64,000 nt of DNA from Batkoa obscura (Eukaryota): positions 496,001 through 560,000 of the forward strand of contig JASVEC010000026.1 in assembly GCA_030770535.1 (NCBI GenBank), written 5' to 3'. The number at the start of each line of letters is the position of its first letter. Position 1 is the first letter of the stretch. A model generated the notes under the pieces. The model was not told the origin of the DNA and did no database searches. It saw nothing but the letters and a program-made list of their open reading frames with translations. Shown piece by piece: positions 10,406-24,595 of the stretch. Both the position numbers and the translations under genes were made by a program.

Positions 10406-13400
10406 AAATTCTTAATAATATGATAATATTAAAATTCTATAAAATTGACTTGATGACTCTCTGATTACAGTGTACTAATAATAAGAATGTGTAATATTCA
10501 AGTAATATTAGCTAATTTTTATTTAAAATTTGAACATTTAAATGAGTGGTAACTTCCAGTTTATTTAAAATATGATTTTGATCTAATAATATTAAATTAA
10601 TCTATTAATATCATAATAATTAAAATTAAAATCAATTTAGTTAATTTTCAATTATTTTATTTTAGAATGTGATTCCTAAGGCAGTGGTAAGGAGCCACGA
10701 TAAGTTAAAAGATCTGACTTGTTCAACTTGAATTAAAGTACTGGTGTTGAAGAAGTTGCTAATATACCTAGGTCTTCTGAATGCAAAAGTGGGAAGAGGA
10801 TAGAATGATTTTTATCAAAAAGTCCCTCTATTCAACAAGTCAAGTTTGAATTAAGATTAGACCATATTGAAAGTTAAAGACAATATAATGATATTGTCAA
10901 TATATAATCTAGATGATAAAGTAGTGCTTGTATAATTTTAAAATAAAAAATTGCAAAAATTGAATTTTTTTAAAATAGTTTTTTCTTTGTAAAATAAATT
11001 AGAATATTGATAACTTTGAATATAATAATATGAACAAGTTGCTATAAATATTTCTGTCTATTTTAATAAAGACAAAAAAGAGATTAGATAAATATAAAAT
11101 AATTAGTAATAAAATAAAATAATAAATAATAAATAAGAGTATGCCATATATTGAATTTTTTATATTTTTTTAAAAATCTCGAAAAAGCTTTTAAACTCTC
11201 GTATTTTATTTATCAAAGAGGTAAAAGGTAGAATTAGCTAAAAAGGTTATGAAGGCAGAAAAAAAAATAATGTAAAAAATTATTAGAATAAAGGAACATA
11301 ATTGAACGTAAGGATACTGGGATTTCACTGGAATAACTTAAGTTAAATAAATTTACATTCTACATGATATAAACTTGTGTAGTGATGTAGTAGATCAATC
11401 GCTACCAGGGAAATGAAGAGATTATTTTCTAGTAATTTATTCAATATGAGTGGATAGCCCTGAGAGTAGTAGCAATGAAGGCTTAGAAAAGAGATAGAAA
11501 GTATAAAGTCAAATGATGGTTGTTTGTAGATATTAAAATGTTTTAATATTAGTCTAATTTTCATTTAACATTATTTTATTAATTTTATTTAATCATTTAT
11601 TTTTTAATTTTTATACTAATAAAGCACAATGTTTTCAACTGAATTTAAAAAGATTCAATAGTTTACTAGTTGGTTTAAAGGACATAGTTTATCAGTGAAT
11701 AGTTTTTAGTAACGTAGAAAGCGCGTTTAAGAATTTCCTACCTTTGAATGAGCATGAGAAACAAAATCAGGTCCGAATTGATGCTGCTTTTCAAAAAGCT
11801 ATCTTTTGACTTGTGAGGATTGTGAAATTAAGTAGTGTGACTGGCACCAGTGTCAAGTTTGGCTTAAATTAAAAAGGCTTCAAAGTACTTGCAAATCGCC
11901 ACTTTCTAGCTTAGATTGCGATTTTTTTTTGCCATTAACAAATAGAATAATTACACCATTATTGTCGTCTTTTCTAACATATTGACCTAATGTCCTTATA
12001 TATCTTAAGCTTTGATATTAAATAAAAGTTTTTCACTTATTTCTATAAATGATTTATTCATGTCTATAAACTAAAAAAATAAAAGTATGCTTAGCTGGAA
12101 TTAATAATATTTAAGTAAATATAGGTGTTAAAATAGTCCTACTTTTTGTACATACTACTGATAAATTTAAAAATATTGTATTGAATAAAAAAAGAAAATA
12201 TGAAAATTTTATAGTTTTTATTACTATTGTTTCTAATTTAATAAAAAATATTATATACCCATATTTAATAGCCTATCATCAAAGTGATCCCTTTTGTTAT
12301 GAATTCTACAGTCTTTCAGTCAAGGTCCTCTTCGTTATCAATGCTTCTTTAGTAGCTATTGTGTTAATACAATGATTAATGTCTTTGGTGGATATTTTCA
12401 AAAAAGAATCTAATAATCCTCTAGAAAGGGGACAGATGGTCGAGTGGTAACACACTCCTTCTCCTTAGCCAAGAAGATGAATTACCCGTCAAAGGAGTGG
12501 CATTAAAGTAGTGAAAAATCTGTCTTACCCACCAATGCATTCCCATATTTTCTAAATCTTCAAACTTTCTTCAGATATTATATACATATATTGATATTCT
12601 TCAAATCCTTAAACTATCTTAAATAAACCAAACTGTCCAATATGGATGTATAATCAAAAAAAAATCCTCTAAAAAATCAGATTATAGATTAAAATCAACT
12701 ACTTTAACTAAGAAAGTTTTGACCATAGTATTATTATTTTCTTATCTTTCAACTTAGTTTCATTTTATTATGTTAAGATTAACTATAAATAAATGCTAAT
12801 ACTGAATAAAGCAGATCTGGTTTTCTACTTGTTGATTGTTGTTATCGATCTATTTATGCTTAACCTGAACCAATAAGGTAAAACTCTATTAACAGTTGGA
12901 CTAATAGTCGTTCTAATTTAAATATATAGTCTGCACCTACGTCAATCCTAGACTTAAGAATCAATAAGTTGTTAAGGATATCTTATTCAATAATATTGTG
13001 ACTCCGCATCAAAGTTACACATAAAATATGTATATAATAGCTCTAGAGTCAAAGTACTAATTGATAGTTTGAAACAATGCACTAAAATACACTTTCTCCT
13101 TACAGTTTTAATGAAAACTTCCTTATATTCTAAAGCCTTAGTAATTTGATCAACCATAGATAGCTATTTTACTACATATAAAAAACACGATTAGTAATAT
13201 GATTTATAATACCCCCAAAAACCATCGTACTTTTTAATGTGAAATAAATTTAATGACTTTATTTATTATTAAATATATAAGTAGTATATTTTAGAGATAT
13301 ATCAATATATGTTTAACAATATAGATGTAGAAAAAGTTATAAATTAAATTACTAATCATTAAGAAATTAATATTAAAATTAAATGTATGAAATTTTCAAC

Positions 13401-13465
13401 TATTTCTTTGGGTCACTATAATCAATTATAAAAAACAGTACTATTTATCTAATTCGTAATTAAGC

Positions 13466-13569
13466 ATAGGGGGTGTTTTTTTGGCTTCATCACTTTTTCC
13501 ATTTTTTGAACATTACTACCAGGTGGAAAAAATAGTAAATTTCTTAAACAAAAACAAATATCCCCATAG
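13466..13569 (+). mobile_element. MITE copy 3 (diverged)
   Basis: ATAG-GGGGTG...ATCCCC-ATAG. Confidence 0.8.
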
Positions 13570-14085
13570 TATTAATCTATCTACATTCACTTCTTATCAA
13601 TCATATTTTAATAAAAATAAATTGATATACTAATTAACAACTCTATCGTTATAAACAGATTATTTTAAAAGGTTGTTTTATTACTTTGGCAATTATATCA
13701 CCTTAACAATTTAAACTTTTGCTTTACATAATAAGCCAAAATAACACAAATAAGGTAAATCACTTCTTGTTGTCATTGAATATCAATTATTCTTACAAAT
13801 TTAATATTAAACTGTTTGCTATGTTTTAACACACTTTCATACACAGTAAAGAAATCTTAGCTATTGGTTAAGATGGTAAATGTTCTTTATATTTAAAAAC
13901 TAAATTATTTTCACCAAAATTCTTTATGATATTGCAATCATTTACCTCTAGAAAATAAAATGTAAAAGTATCCTGAAATACGAGCGACCTAATAAGTCTA
14001 TAAGTTATATTTAGTTATGTTTTATAATAGATTCTAAATTATTCAAATATTTAAATAAGGCTACACAGTCAGTAATAAGTTTAAG

Positions 14086-14234
14086 CTACTGATTTAGTTT
14101 AAACGTGAATTTTTTCATGACTTAAAGTTATCATAAATTTAATGTATATATGTGATAATAAATTTATATATCTATATTTAATTTATGATGATTTTGAGTT
14201 ATATAAAAAAAGCACGTTTAAACTAAATCAATAG
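14086..14234. repeat. ~150-bp imperfect fold-back inverted repeat (arms ~65 bp)
   Basis: TGATTTAGTTTAAACGTG ... CACGTTTAAACTAAATCA perfect outer core, imperfect pairing continues inward. Confidence 0.75.
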
Positions 14235-14883
14235 TACTGAAGTAAAGAAAAATGTGACTTATAAGCAAATAATAAACTATTCAAGTGTTAAATAAGAGTA
14301 CAAGGTCAACAGTAAGTCAATATTAAGTTAGGTAACTTTTCTTAATTTCAAGAATGGACCTTATATCGTTTATTACTTTAAAGGATTGAATCGAGAATCA
14401 AGGTAGGGTATATTGGAAAAGAAGTAGTTCTTAAAGATGAAATGACTTTGTAAAATATTTGTAATTAGAGATATCACAGCTTAAAAATTAATTGTGAATT
14501 ATTTAAGTATTCAAATGAGAATAAAATACTGACAGTAGGTTTATATTATTTTAGAGAGTATTACAACCTATAAACAAATTCTAAACTACCAAAGTATTTA
14601 AATGGGCCCACAGACTAACAATAATTTTATACTAAGACAGAGAACATCGTAACTGGTTTATTGTGAAAGCATATAATCTTTGACTTTTGAGCTTGATAAA
14701 CTCAACAAATCTGATTAATCAACTAAATTTGATAATGGAGGACCACGAATTTGATCCAGAAACTCAAAGAAGTTGAATCAATTGAAAAAAAGATCTAAAA
14801 ATTGCTAAATAAAGAAGCTTTGAATATCTGTTAAGATGTGAACAAAGCAAAGGATAAAGATATATAACTGATTGATAAAAACA

Positions 14884-16377
14884 ATGATTCCAACTTTATT
14901 TTATTATCTTACTCTTCCAAGCTTATTATTCGCTTTAAACCCTATTGAGATTAAAGGCTCCAAGTCCTTTGATTCAGTAACTGGAGATCAATTCTTTATG
15001 AAAGGTGTAGCTTATCAGCCAAGAGCTGAGGGTAACTATGATCCTTTAGCTGATGTTGCTGGTTGCAAAAGGGATATACCACATTTGAAAGCTTTAGGTA
15101 CTAATACCATTCGTGTATATGAAACTTATAGTAATAAGAGCCATGATGAATGTATGAAATTATTAGATGAAGCTGGCATTTATGTGTTACTAGATCTTCC
15201 AATCCCTAATGTTTCAATTGATCGTAATCAGCCAGCTTATGATACTACCGTCTATGATTTTTATAAACAAAAGATTGATGTATTTTCCAAATATAATAAT
15301 GTACTTGGATTTTTTGCTGGTAATGAAGTTGATAATGATAAAACAAACACTCCTTCTTCAGGCCATGTCAAAGCAGCTTTAAGAGATATTAAGGCTTATA
15401 TTAAAACTAAACCTCGTGTTATCCCTGTTGGTTATGCTAACAATGATGATCCAGCTATCCGTAAGAATGTTCAAGATTTCTTTGCTTGTGATAAACAATA
15501 AGATAAAGCTGATTTTTATGGTATTAATATCTATTCTTGGTGTGGTGAATCTGATATGCAAAAATCAGGTTATGATATCAAAGTTAAAGAAATGGCAGAA
15601 TTAGGTATTCCAAGTATTTTATCTGAATATGGTTGTAATGTAGTTAAACCAAGAAGCTTTGGGGACACTAAAGCACTTTATAAAGAAATGAACGAAGTAC
15701 TTTTTGGTGGTATTGTTTATGAATATAGTCAAGAAGATAATAATTACAGTTTGATTAAGATTAATGGAGATAAGGTAAAATTATTACCTAATTTTGAAGT
15801 AGTAAAGAAACATTATGCTAACGCTAATCCGAAATTACTTAAAGATGCCTATACTTTGAAAAACAAAACTGTTAAATATCCTACTGTCAGAAAAACTTGA
15901 TGAGCTTCTAATAAGCTTCCATCAACTCCTTCAGATGATATTTGTGCTTATCTTTTACACTCTGTCGAATGTCGAATCAACTCCAAGGGTTTGTTAAAAG
16001 AAAATGGTGAAAGATTAGGTGAAATCTTTGGCTACATTTATGCGAATGGAGCTTGTGATGGTGTTTCTACCGATACTGTCAAAGCTGTCTATGATCCGTA
16101 TTCATTCTGTAATTCTACTGTACGTAACTCTATCATTATCCAAATTACAGTTGATAAAGAAGTAGAATGCGAGTTTGGAGCGTTTGTCAGTAAAGTTGTT
16201 CTACTTTTAAAGAAGGATTTAGAATTTTGGCCTGGTTTAGCAAAAAATGGAAATTAGTTATCAAAAAGTGATGCAAAGTCTATTGTTGCTAACGGTAATG
16301 CTAGTTCAGCACCTCACTACGGAAAATTTGAGCCCAAAAAATGCATATTTCTTATATATTTTACTCTTTTTTTGTAA
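14884..16377 (+). pseudogene. Intronless GH72 beta-1,3-glucanosyltransferase (Gas/Gel family) with in-frame stops
   Basis: FFMKGVAYQP, LGTNTIRVY, AGIYVLLDL, FFAGNEV, IPVGYA, DFYGINIYSWCG, IPSILSEYGCN, GGIVYEY, Cys-box remnants; stops TAA 15499, TGA-TGA 15898/15901, TAG 16255 all in one frame. Confidence 0.88.
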
Positions 16378-17299
16378 ATTTTTTACTTTTTCTAGTAGTT
16401 TTCCTTTATTTATGAGCATTTTTCGCTAATAATATTAAAATATTAGATAATAAAAATAAATTAATAGATTATAAATCATTCAAGTTGTCTTTTGTTGATT
16501 AAAAAATTGTAGTTTTATGATGCTTTAGTTTTATAAATTAGTCACCTTTAATCACTTGTTAAAATATTATTTATATTAAATGTCAAGAGTATTAATAGCT
16601 ATAGATTTTTAAAAAAATGATACATTATATTATAAAAAGATTAAAGCATTAAGAATTTTAATATATTTACTCAATATCTAATACAACTTAAAGCGAATTA
16701 GTTAATTGTTATAAAAATATTTTTATAGAGTGTGCTATAATATTTCAATTTCATAATTTAGTTACTCTATTTATTTTCTTTAAAGTTTAAAAAGTCAGAG
16801 CCTCAAGTACTTTATTTATCAAAGTAAAGACAATATACAAAGAGATGACACTCCAAGGATATTACCGGGAGTAAATTACACAGATAAAAGTTAATCAGTT
16901 ATTTTAGAGCATATTTTAAGAATTTTATTTATTATTGTCTAATATGTTATCATATCACTTAACGTTTTTTAGTCCTGATAAAAATATTTTAATTATAAGT
17001 TTATTATAAATGTTTCTAAAACAAGATTTATTAGATATAAATATAAATAAGTTAAAGTTATTACTCATAATTAATTTAGAAAAAGCATTATAAAAAAAAT
17101 CAAATATTTCACATTTTAAATGCTTACAAGATTAGAATGTATGCGATAAAATAAGTTGATATAATTTTATCCAAGCTATTATTGGGATTGTTTCTAATCC
17201 TCCAAAAAAAGCAACAACTATATCAGAGGTCATAGGGATAAAGAATAATAAATGAGTACTAAGATTGTAATTAGGTTTTATAAATACAATGGCTAAATT

Positions 17300-18050
17300 A
17301 AAGTTTATGATTCTAAATACTTCAAGGTTTGGAAAAAGAAATAAAAAACAGAAAAATTCTTCAAATGTACTATAAAAAGAATGAACAATAAGTTGTTTTA
17401 TAAACCTACATTTAATTGAAGTACATGTTTTGTTACATAGATTAATCTCATTTAAATTACATTTATTAAATATTTCTTTTATGTCAAACTTTATTGAAAG
17501 AAGAGAAATAAGTTGAATATTTGGTAATACTGAAATTTTATCTAATAACTGTTTTGATAAATAATCAAAACAAACTTCTCTTAAGGTTGATAGCTTTGAA
17601 TAACTGTAATTAATCGTATCTCTAAAACCTAAAATACCTAAAGTGATAATATTGTTGCTTCCAATTAATTTTATATCATGTATAATAATAAAAGAAACGC
17701 TATCACAACTTATTAACTTTATATTTTTTTAATTGTTTTGAATCACTAAAAACCGTAAACATAAAGTTTCTATCTATTTCTAGTTTCAAAGATAAAGTAA
17801 ATTTTATATTGGGATTGCTTTTAGTTGTAAACTAGTTCATCCGACTTTAATTATAATGTTTTAAGTTGTCAAAGTTTACTTTAATCACATTAAATCCGCT
17901 TAGATCTAAACTATAAAATGAATTTATTTAAATTTAAACAAGTAACAATATCATTAGTAACTATAGTATCTCCAAAAATCTCAAGCTTTTTAAGTTGACA
18001 TAAATAACTATCAAATAATGTTAATCCTTGTTTATAGTTAGAACTAAATA
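17300..18050 (-). pseudogene. Probable decayed leucine-rich-repeat (F-box/LRR-like) gene relic
   Basis: Frameshifted fragments LCQLKKLEIFG, SLDLSGFNVIKVNFDNLKTL*L, SVLPNIQLISL; boundaries approximate. Confidence 0.35.
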
Positions 18051-18312
18051 TATTTAACTTTGACAAATTTAATATCTTAGTATTTATTTTAGTACCATCA
18101 TCACTATTATCATTATCAAATGTATTCTTATGATGTTTAGATTACACATTCAAATAATAATAATTCAAGTACTCGATAGTGACACAATCTACATTTATAC
18201 GTTTTATTAATAATCCGTTTCATCTAATAAATCCCTTTTAGTCAAATCTAAATTACACATAGTTACCATAAAGTGAATAAATAAAGCTATATTTGACTAC
18301 TTTATTTATAAT

Positions 18313-18352
18313 CTTAAATATATACAGTACTTAAATATATACAGTACTTAAA
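18313..18352. repeat. 17-bp tandem duplication (CTTAAATATATACAGTA x2.3)
   Basis: Direct reading. Confidence 0.85.
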
Positions 18353-18656
18353 AAATTTATTATCTCCTCTAAAATAACATCAGATAACAAATTGAGTCTG
18401 GATGGCATCTTAGTATAAATTTATGAAAAAAGTACTTTAGTTTGTCTATCTATTATACTTTTCAAGTTATAGTTAACCTAAATAAATAATTTATTAAATG
18501 AGCAAACTGTGTGGTAATATTTTTAAGTCATGATAAAATAAATCTTGTCACACATTAATATTTATTAACTAAGCTTTATTATCAATACATTAGTAAATAT
18601 TGAGTAAGTTTGACATTAATGATAATAATTAAATATTGGATAGGTTTTGTTTTTAT

Positions 18657-18761
18657 ATGTGGGGAAGTATTTTTTTGTTTAAGAATTTTACTAACAATCT
18701 TTCCGCTGAAATAGCTCTTAAAAGGGAAAAAATAATGAAGCCAAAAAAAACATCTCCATGT
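18657..18761 (-). mobile_element. MITE copy 4
   Basis: ATGT-GGGG...CTCC-ATGT, reverse orientation. Confidence 0.88.
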
Positions 18762-20328
18762 ATATATCGGATTAAGTTATGGTACTTGATATTATAATAC
18801 AACTTAAAATAATTTCTAAAAAGCTAAGCTTTAAAAGTTAGAAATAAAATAGTTTTATACGCAATGACAGTAATAACTTAGATTATACTTTTATAGTCTT
18901 GTTAATTTTATAACAATAGTGACATGTATCTTTAGTATATGAAGTTAATATTATGATTAATAAATAAATCAAAATAGTAACTTTATTTAATTTACTATTA
19001 TTTTTTATTTCAATTCAATTATCATTTTATAACTATTAAAATAGTTTTACTAAACTCTTTTAAAAAATAAATCTTATTGAATTAACAATATAAAATTAAA
19101 TTCCAATTGGTGCTTTAAAAACCTTTCTGAATTGTAAGTAGTTTTTAATCCCAGATTATACATGTCTTGTTACTTACAAATATATAGTCGTGAGATCCTT
19201 AAACTTATTTTTCACATTTTCAACCTAATTCTCTTATCAAATTTAAATTATATAACTCAAATCAATATGTTAGTATAAGTTATTTTCTAATAATTATGTA
19301 TTAAAACATTATAAACGCATTGACTTGCGTCAACATGATTAAAATAAATAAATGTATTATCTAATACTATTTCTTATAATTACTGATTCATTGAAAAACA
19401 AGAATAATATATAAACTAATAAATTAACAAAAGGTAGAAAATGATTTTAATTACTGTGATTTCAAATGTAATAAAATAATAGATATAAGCTTAATGGTCC
19501 ATTATTATCATTTATAATGAAACCCAATAATGATTTTTATAGTATTTGGAATTATTTTAGTTATAAAAAGTAAATAGTATACTAAGTTGTTACTGTTACA
19601 ATAAAGATGAATTTTAATATTAGTTTGATTTTGTTAAATAGGTTAGTTTATATTCAAAGTCGTTTTCTTATCACTTGATTTTGAATTTTTTTCAAATTAA
19701 ACCGAAACTAAACTGGAAAAAATATTTAAAATTAGAGCAGGGTTCTTAAACTCACTTATGTAAGTTATTAATCAATCAAGGGCTAAACTAAATTTTATTA
19801 AATATTCGGGGGTATACTGATCCCTGTCCTCTTTTTCATAATTAAACATAACTATTTTTGTTAATAATCTATTTGAAAATTTACCAACTCTTTCAAGGAT
19901 ACAAATAAATATTCTAAAGTTCTAATAAGTAAACAAAGTGTAAATTATACAGTAATTATAGCGAGATATTATAAGTTTTCAAAATTATTTGTAGTTTTAG
20001 AGTATTAATAATTTTACACATGTAAAAGCTTTCGCTAATATTATATTATGTAAAGATTTTTTTATAAATTTGAACATTAATATTAGATATAAAATCATAC
20101 GTATTAGATCACTATCCTTTTTTAAAGTATAGCTAATAGCTATTATGCTCTAAAAATGTTATTACTTTATAAGAAAATATTTTTTAACTCAGATTTAACT
20201 GAACTACTATTTATCTTGTATCATAAATTAATATTCAAGTTGTTGGAACTTGAATACTAATTTAGGGAACTCATTTGAATAATAAATTAATTTAAAAACA
20301 TAAATCTCTGATTAGATAATCAACGACC

Positions 20329-20437
20329 ATATGGAGTTATATTTTTGTGTTTAAGAATTTTACTGACAAATTTTCAACTCAATGAATGGCGCTTAAAAGA
20401 TGAAAAAAGTAATGAAGCCAAAAAAACATCCTCATAT
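20329..20437 (-). mobile_element. MITE copy 5
   Basis: ATAT-GGAG...CCTC-ATAT, reverse orientation. Confidence 0.85.
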
Positions 20438-21800
20438 AAGTTATATCATACCTTTAATAGTTGTAAACTAATTATAAATCATAAGCAGTACTAAATATAA
20501 AATGTTGATGTTATACATGCTAATGCAGTTTAACCTAGCTTTATCTTCAATAGTAAGCTAACTTATATATCAGAACTAATTAATCTCTTACCTAAGTAGA
20601 ATAATGTTAATTCCATAATTAATACAGCTTAAAACCAAAATTTATTAATAGCTCTAATAAATAAATGGAATAAAAAGTCATTATAAATTTATCCTAATAA
20701 AGAAAATTCAATTAATAACATTTTATTAATTAATTAATAAATATATTAAAGCAACTATAAAATTAATTAATATAATTAATTATTTTTCATGTAATTTATT
20801 GTTCATTTTAAGGAACTTCAAAAATTTTGGTTTTATTTTATATTGTATTTATTTTTATATTTATTTTTATATTTATATATTTATTTTTATATTTATTTTT
20901 ATTAATGATATATTTGAAATAAGATTAGGCTATATTCCACTTTCATTATCAGGGTGATGTCATGTTTCAGTTTATTAATAAAAAATAGTAAATGAATTTT
21001 AATTTTTTTAAACTAATTATTTGCTTTAAAAATAAAAATAAAATTCAATAGTTGGTTACTTTATAAAATATAAATTTTAAGATAATCGTCATTATTTATC
21101 CTAATATTCATCAGATGCTTCATATTAAAGAAGGGTTTAAATACATATGGTTTTTATTTCTAATATTTTATTTGCTGATTAAAAGGAGAATGAAATCATA
21201 TCATATAATCTATATGCTTACTTTTAAATACTATATTATATTAATATAATGGTAACAATAATAGTTTAATAGCTTAAAAACAGTAATTAGGTTGTTAATC
21301 TATTAAGTTAGTTATAGCAAAGTTTAATACCAAGACTTAAGCTATTTTCAATATAACCCAATTGATTGGTTGAAATGAATGAAGTTGTCGGACAAATCAA
21401 TCAGTTACCAAATAAAAGGTAATTGAGAGGACGATGATAAACATTCAAATTTAATGACTAAGAGTAGTTATTAGATTATGGTAGCAAACATTTAAATTTA
21501 TAATGGCTAAATCCTAGATTCCTAAGTAACCTAAGAGAGATCAACCAATAAAATCAATAACCAAAATTACAAACTACACTTACTATAACGTAATAAATTA
21601 GTTGCTTAAAGAACAAAAATTACAGTGGTGAACTTTGCAAAGAATAAATAAGCAACTAAAAAAAAGATATAAAAGCAAAAACTTTCCATTTTAAAGTTTA
21701 ATTGAATTTTTTGAAACAAAATTTTTTGTTGACATAGTTTAACTGTAAATTAAAATTTAATATCAATTTAATATCTGAGTTGAATTGATATCTTTTAAAT

Positions 21801-22481
21801 ATGAATAAATTGAATTTCCCGTTTAAATCGACCAGTAAAGTCAACTTAGGTTTACACTCCGCTGCTGCATCTGGAAACATAGGTCTTGTTAAATTTGCAT
21901 TAGATAACGGTCAACCTATAGATTCAGTATTAAATGGTTTATTACCAATACATATAGCCGCATGTCATGGTCAACTCCATATAGTGAAATATCTCATAGA
22001 AAAAGGATGCGATGTTAATGGAAGAAGAAAACCTAGAAGATATTCTGGGTCATTATCTTTATCTAGGAATAAACAAGAAGTTGGCTGCACTGCTTTACAC
22101 TACGCTGTAGCTAATGGTAATTTAGAAATGATCAAACTTTTGCTAGAGAATGGAGCATTGGTTCATGTTTTGGATAAATATGGTTCAACCCCACTTTCCA
22201 TTGCTTTAGCTAGAGGAGATGTTCCAGCCACTATGTTGATGACTGAGTATTTAGTAAAACAAGAGCCATTGCTATATAAAATGTTAAAGAAAGACGTTAA
22301 ATCCGAGTTATGTTTAGATATAAATGATGTAAATATTAGAAGAAAAAGTTTATCGGATCTAAAAGATAAGTCATATAATTTAATCAATTACGACACTACA
22401 AGTATTGTAACAATAGCTAAATCAAGCCCCTTAGTAAGCTTTTTAAATCAAGCTTCCAAGCCAAATCTTTTAAAGATATAG
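21801..22481 (+). CDS. Ankyrin-repeat protein, intronless
   Basis: GLHSAAASGNIGLVKFAL, LPIHIAACHGQLHIVKYLIEKGCDVN, TALHYAVANGNLEMIKLLLENGA, DKYGSTPLSIA. Confidence 0.9.
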   Translation: MNKLNFPFKSTSKVNLGLHSAAASGNIGLVKFALDNGQPIDSVLNGLLPIHIAACHGQLHIVKYLIEKGCDVNGRRKPRRYSGSLSLSRNKQEVGCTALHYAVANGNLEMIKLLLENGALVHVLDKYGSTPLSIALARGDVPATMLMTEYLVKQEPLLYKMLKKDVKSELCLDINDVNIRRKSLSDLKDKSYNLINYDTTSIVTIAKSSPLVSFLNQASKPNLLKI

Positions 22482-23835
22482 AATTCTATCCCTTTTATTA
22501 TTCCCCTTCCCCCTTTGTAAATACTTTATTTATTACACCTGTACAAGCAATAAATTAGCATAAATTAATTTTTGTTACTGTTATTACCAAGTATCTATTT
22601 ATTAGATTATTAATTATTTAAAATTTTAAAATTGCAACGAGTTTTTTTTAGGACCAATCTATCTGCATTAATTGAGATAGTTGGATTTCGATTGGATATT
22701 TTTCGTTTATTCACCGCTTTTTTTCTTATCAAATTATGCAGCTTTTCCGATTTCTAATTAAAAACGAGGGCGGCCTTTATCAAAAAATTATAAACAATTA
22801 ATTGTCTATAATGTTCGAGTTTTCCCGCTTTTACTTTTAAAAGTGCCCTAATAATTTTAGTTTTTTGTTTTAATTATTTTACTTTTAATTACATTTCGCA
22901 AAAAGATCCATAACTTTTATTGGTTTAAATTTGAAATGAGGTAATAATGTGGTTAATTTAAAAGTTATATTTAGATTAAGTGTGAGTTAAATTCTAAATT
23001 TAAAATCTTAGTAAAAAAGAAAGTAAAAGATGATGACTATAGTCATGTTTTAATAAAATAAAAACAAATACTTGGCAATTTTACTTATCTATTTTTAATA
23101 CTATCAAATGTAATTGTGTAGTATTAATATTAGTTTATTCATACCCCGATAAAGTTGTCAGCCAAACTTTTTAATACACTCTTTTTCAACCTCCGTATTG
23201 AATCATGCGATTATGATAAAAAATTACATGGCTATTCTTTTATCTTAAAGCACTTTTTAAGAAGTAAGTTAATATAATAATAGATAGCTAATGAATAAAT
23301 ACAAAAAATAGTAGTCTATTTATATGATTAAAAGCGTAAGCTTGAACAGTGTATTATTCTTCAAATACTCACTATAAACACTTTGATGTATCAGATTTAT
23401 TCTTCCTTTTGGATATTTGTTCATTTTTCAAGATTAAAAAATGGAGAATTAGTTGCTTAATTAAAAAAATATATGCCTAGATGTTAAGGTAAATAAAGGG
23501 TACTTTTGTATGAGTTCAACTAAAAATATTTTATAATTTCTAAACTTTTAAAAGTGGACAAAACACTGAAATGACAAGTATTACTACATATTGTTATAAA
23601 ATTGTTTTTTAGATTAGATTTACTGTCTTTTTTTACTACTATTGTATCTTATACTAATAAATACAAATGTTTTCTATTTGATATTTTTTTATACTTTTTA
23701 TGCAACTTAAAGTTAAAACGTTAAATTTAGAATAGTTTAAAGTACCAAGTATTAAAAATACTACTACTTCTGTCCTTAGATAAGTGATTGGTTTACTTTT
23801 TATACTAATTTCAAATTTGTCCTGTTTATAAAATT

Positions 23836-23943
23836 ATATGGGGATGTTTTTTTTTGATTTCATCACTTTTTCCATTTTTTAAGCGCTATTTGAGCAGAAA
23901 GATTGTTAATAAAATTCTTAAACAAAAAAATATATCCACATAT
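23836..23943 (+). mobile_element. MITE copy 6
   Basis: ATAT-GGGGATG...TCCAC-ATAT. Confidence 0.9.
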
Positions 23944-24595
23944 TTTAAAAAAAAATAGATTCGTATATATAAAAAGTTTGATATTATAAATGCAAACTAT
24001 TAAACAACAAGCTATCAGTTTTACATTTACTATTAGAAGGAAAGTGCTATCTTATTGAACTTTCATATATCTAGCAATATAATTATATTTTTTTAAAACA
24101 AATTTTGTTTTAAACGAGACATATTTTTGTTTATCTTTATGATACTATTGTATTGAGGAGATACATTATGAACCTCACCTAGAAATATTAAATACTAACA
24201 ATATTTTAGGCTCAACTTCCCTCTTGGTTTGAAATCTATAGCTAATTTCTGCTCTTCAGTCCTTAGGACTATATACAGATTGCATGCAAAATTAGCTTTT
24301 GATCTTATACTTTTCCATCTTTCAACTTCTTTTTTAATAATTGAATGGAGAATTAAGTGGTAAACCGGCTTTTCCCATATAATTGATAGACTGTCTAGGA
24401 GCAAAGTTGGATGCAAAATTCTTTCCAAATGACCTGCTACCATATATATATTTGTTTAAATGTTTATAATAAAGCACTTGTGGAGGCTTGCCCCTTTCAA
24501 AAATTTTTAGAAAAAACGAGACAAATTTTTGGTTAGCCTAAAAAGCAAAATATATATTTAGTTAGGGACAGAAGGTAGTATAAAACTAAAATTAT

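Noticed and set aside
12430..12526. tRNA-like sequence GGACAGATGGTCGAGTGGTAA...ATCTGTC with a CACTCCTT/AAGGAGTG stem
   Set aside because: It has an A-box-like start and complementary ends but no T-arm/GTTC B-box and no canonical anticodon loop. It may be chance within a decayed minus-strand coding relic; tRNAscan-SE or Infernal would settle it.
14350..14400. GPYIV resembling the integrase GPY/F motif
   Set aside because: Too short, with no adjacent integrase core.
15499..16257. Stop-codon reassignment or readthrough explaining the in-frame stops of the GH72 gene
   Set aside because: All three stop types occur, conserved residues are also mutated, and the neighbouring conserved genes have no internal stops.
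24195..24443. 82-aa ORF between two oppositely oriented MITEs, a possible composite-transposon cargo
   Set aside because: No recognisable motif, and each MITE has its own TSD-like flanks, consistent with independent insertions.
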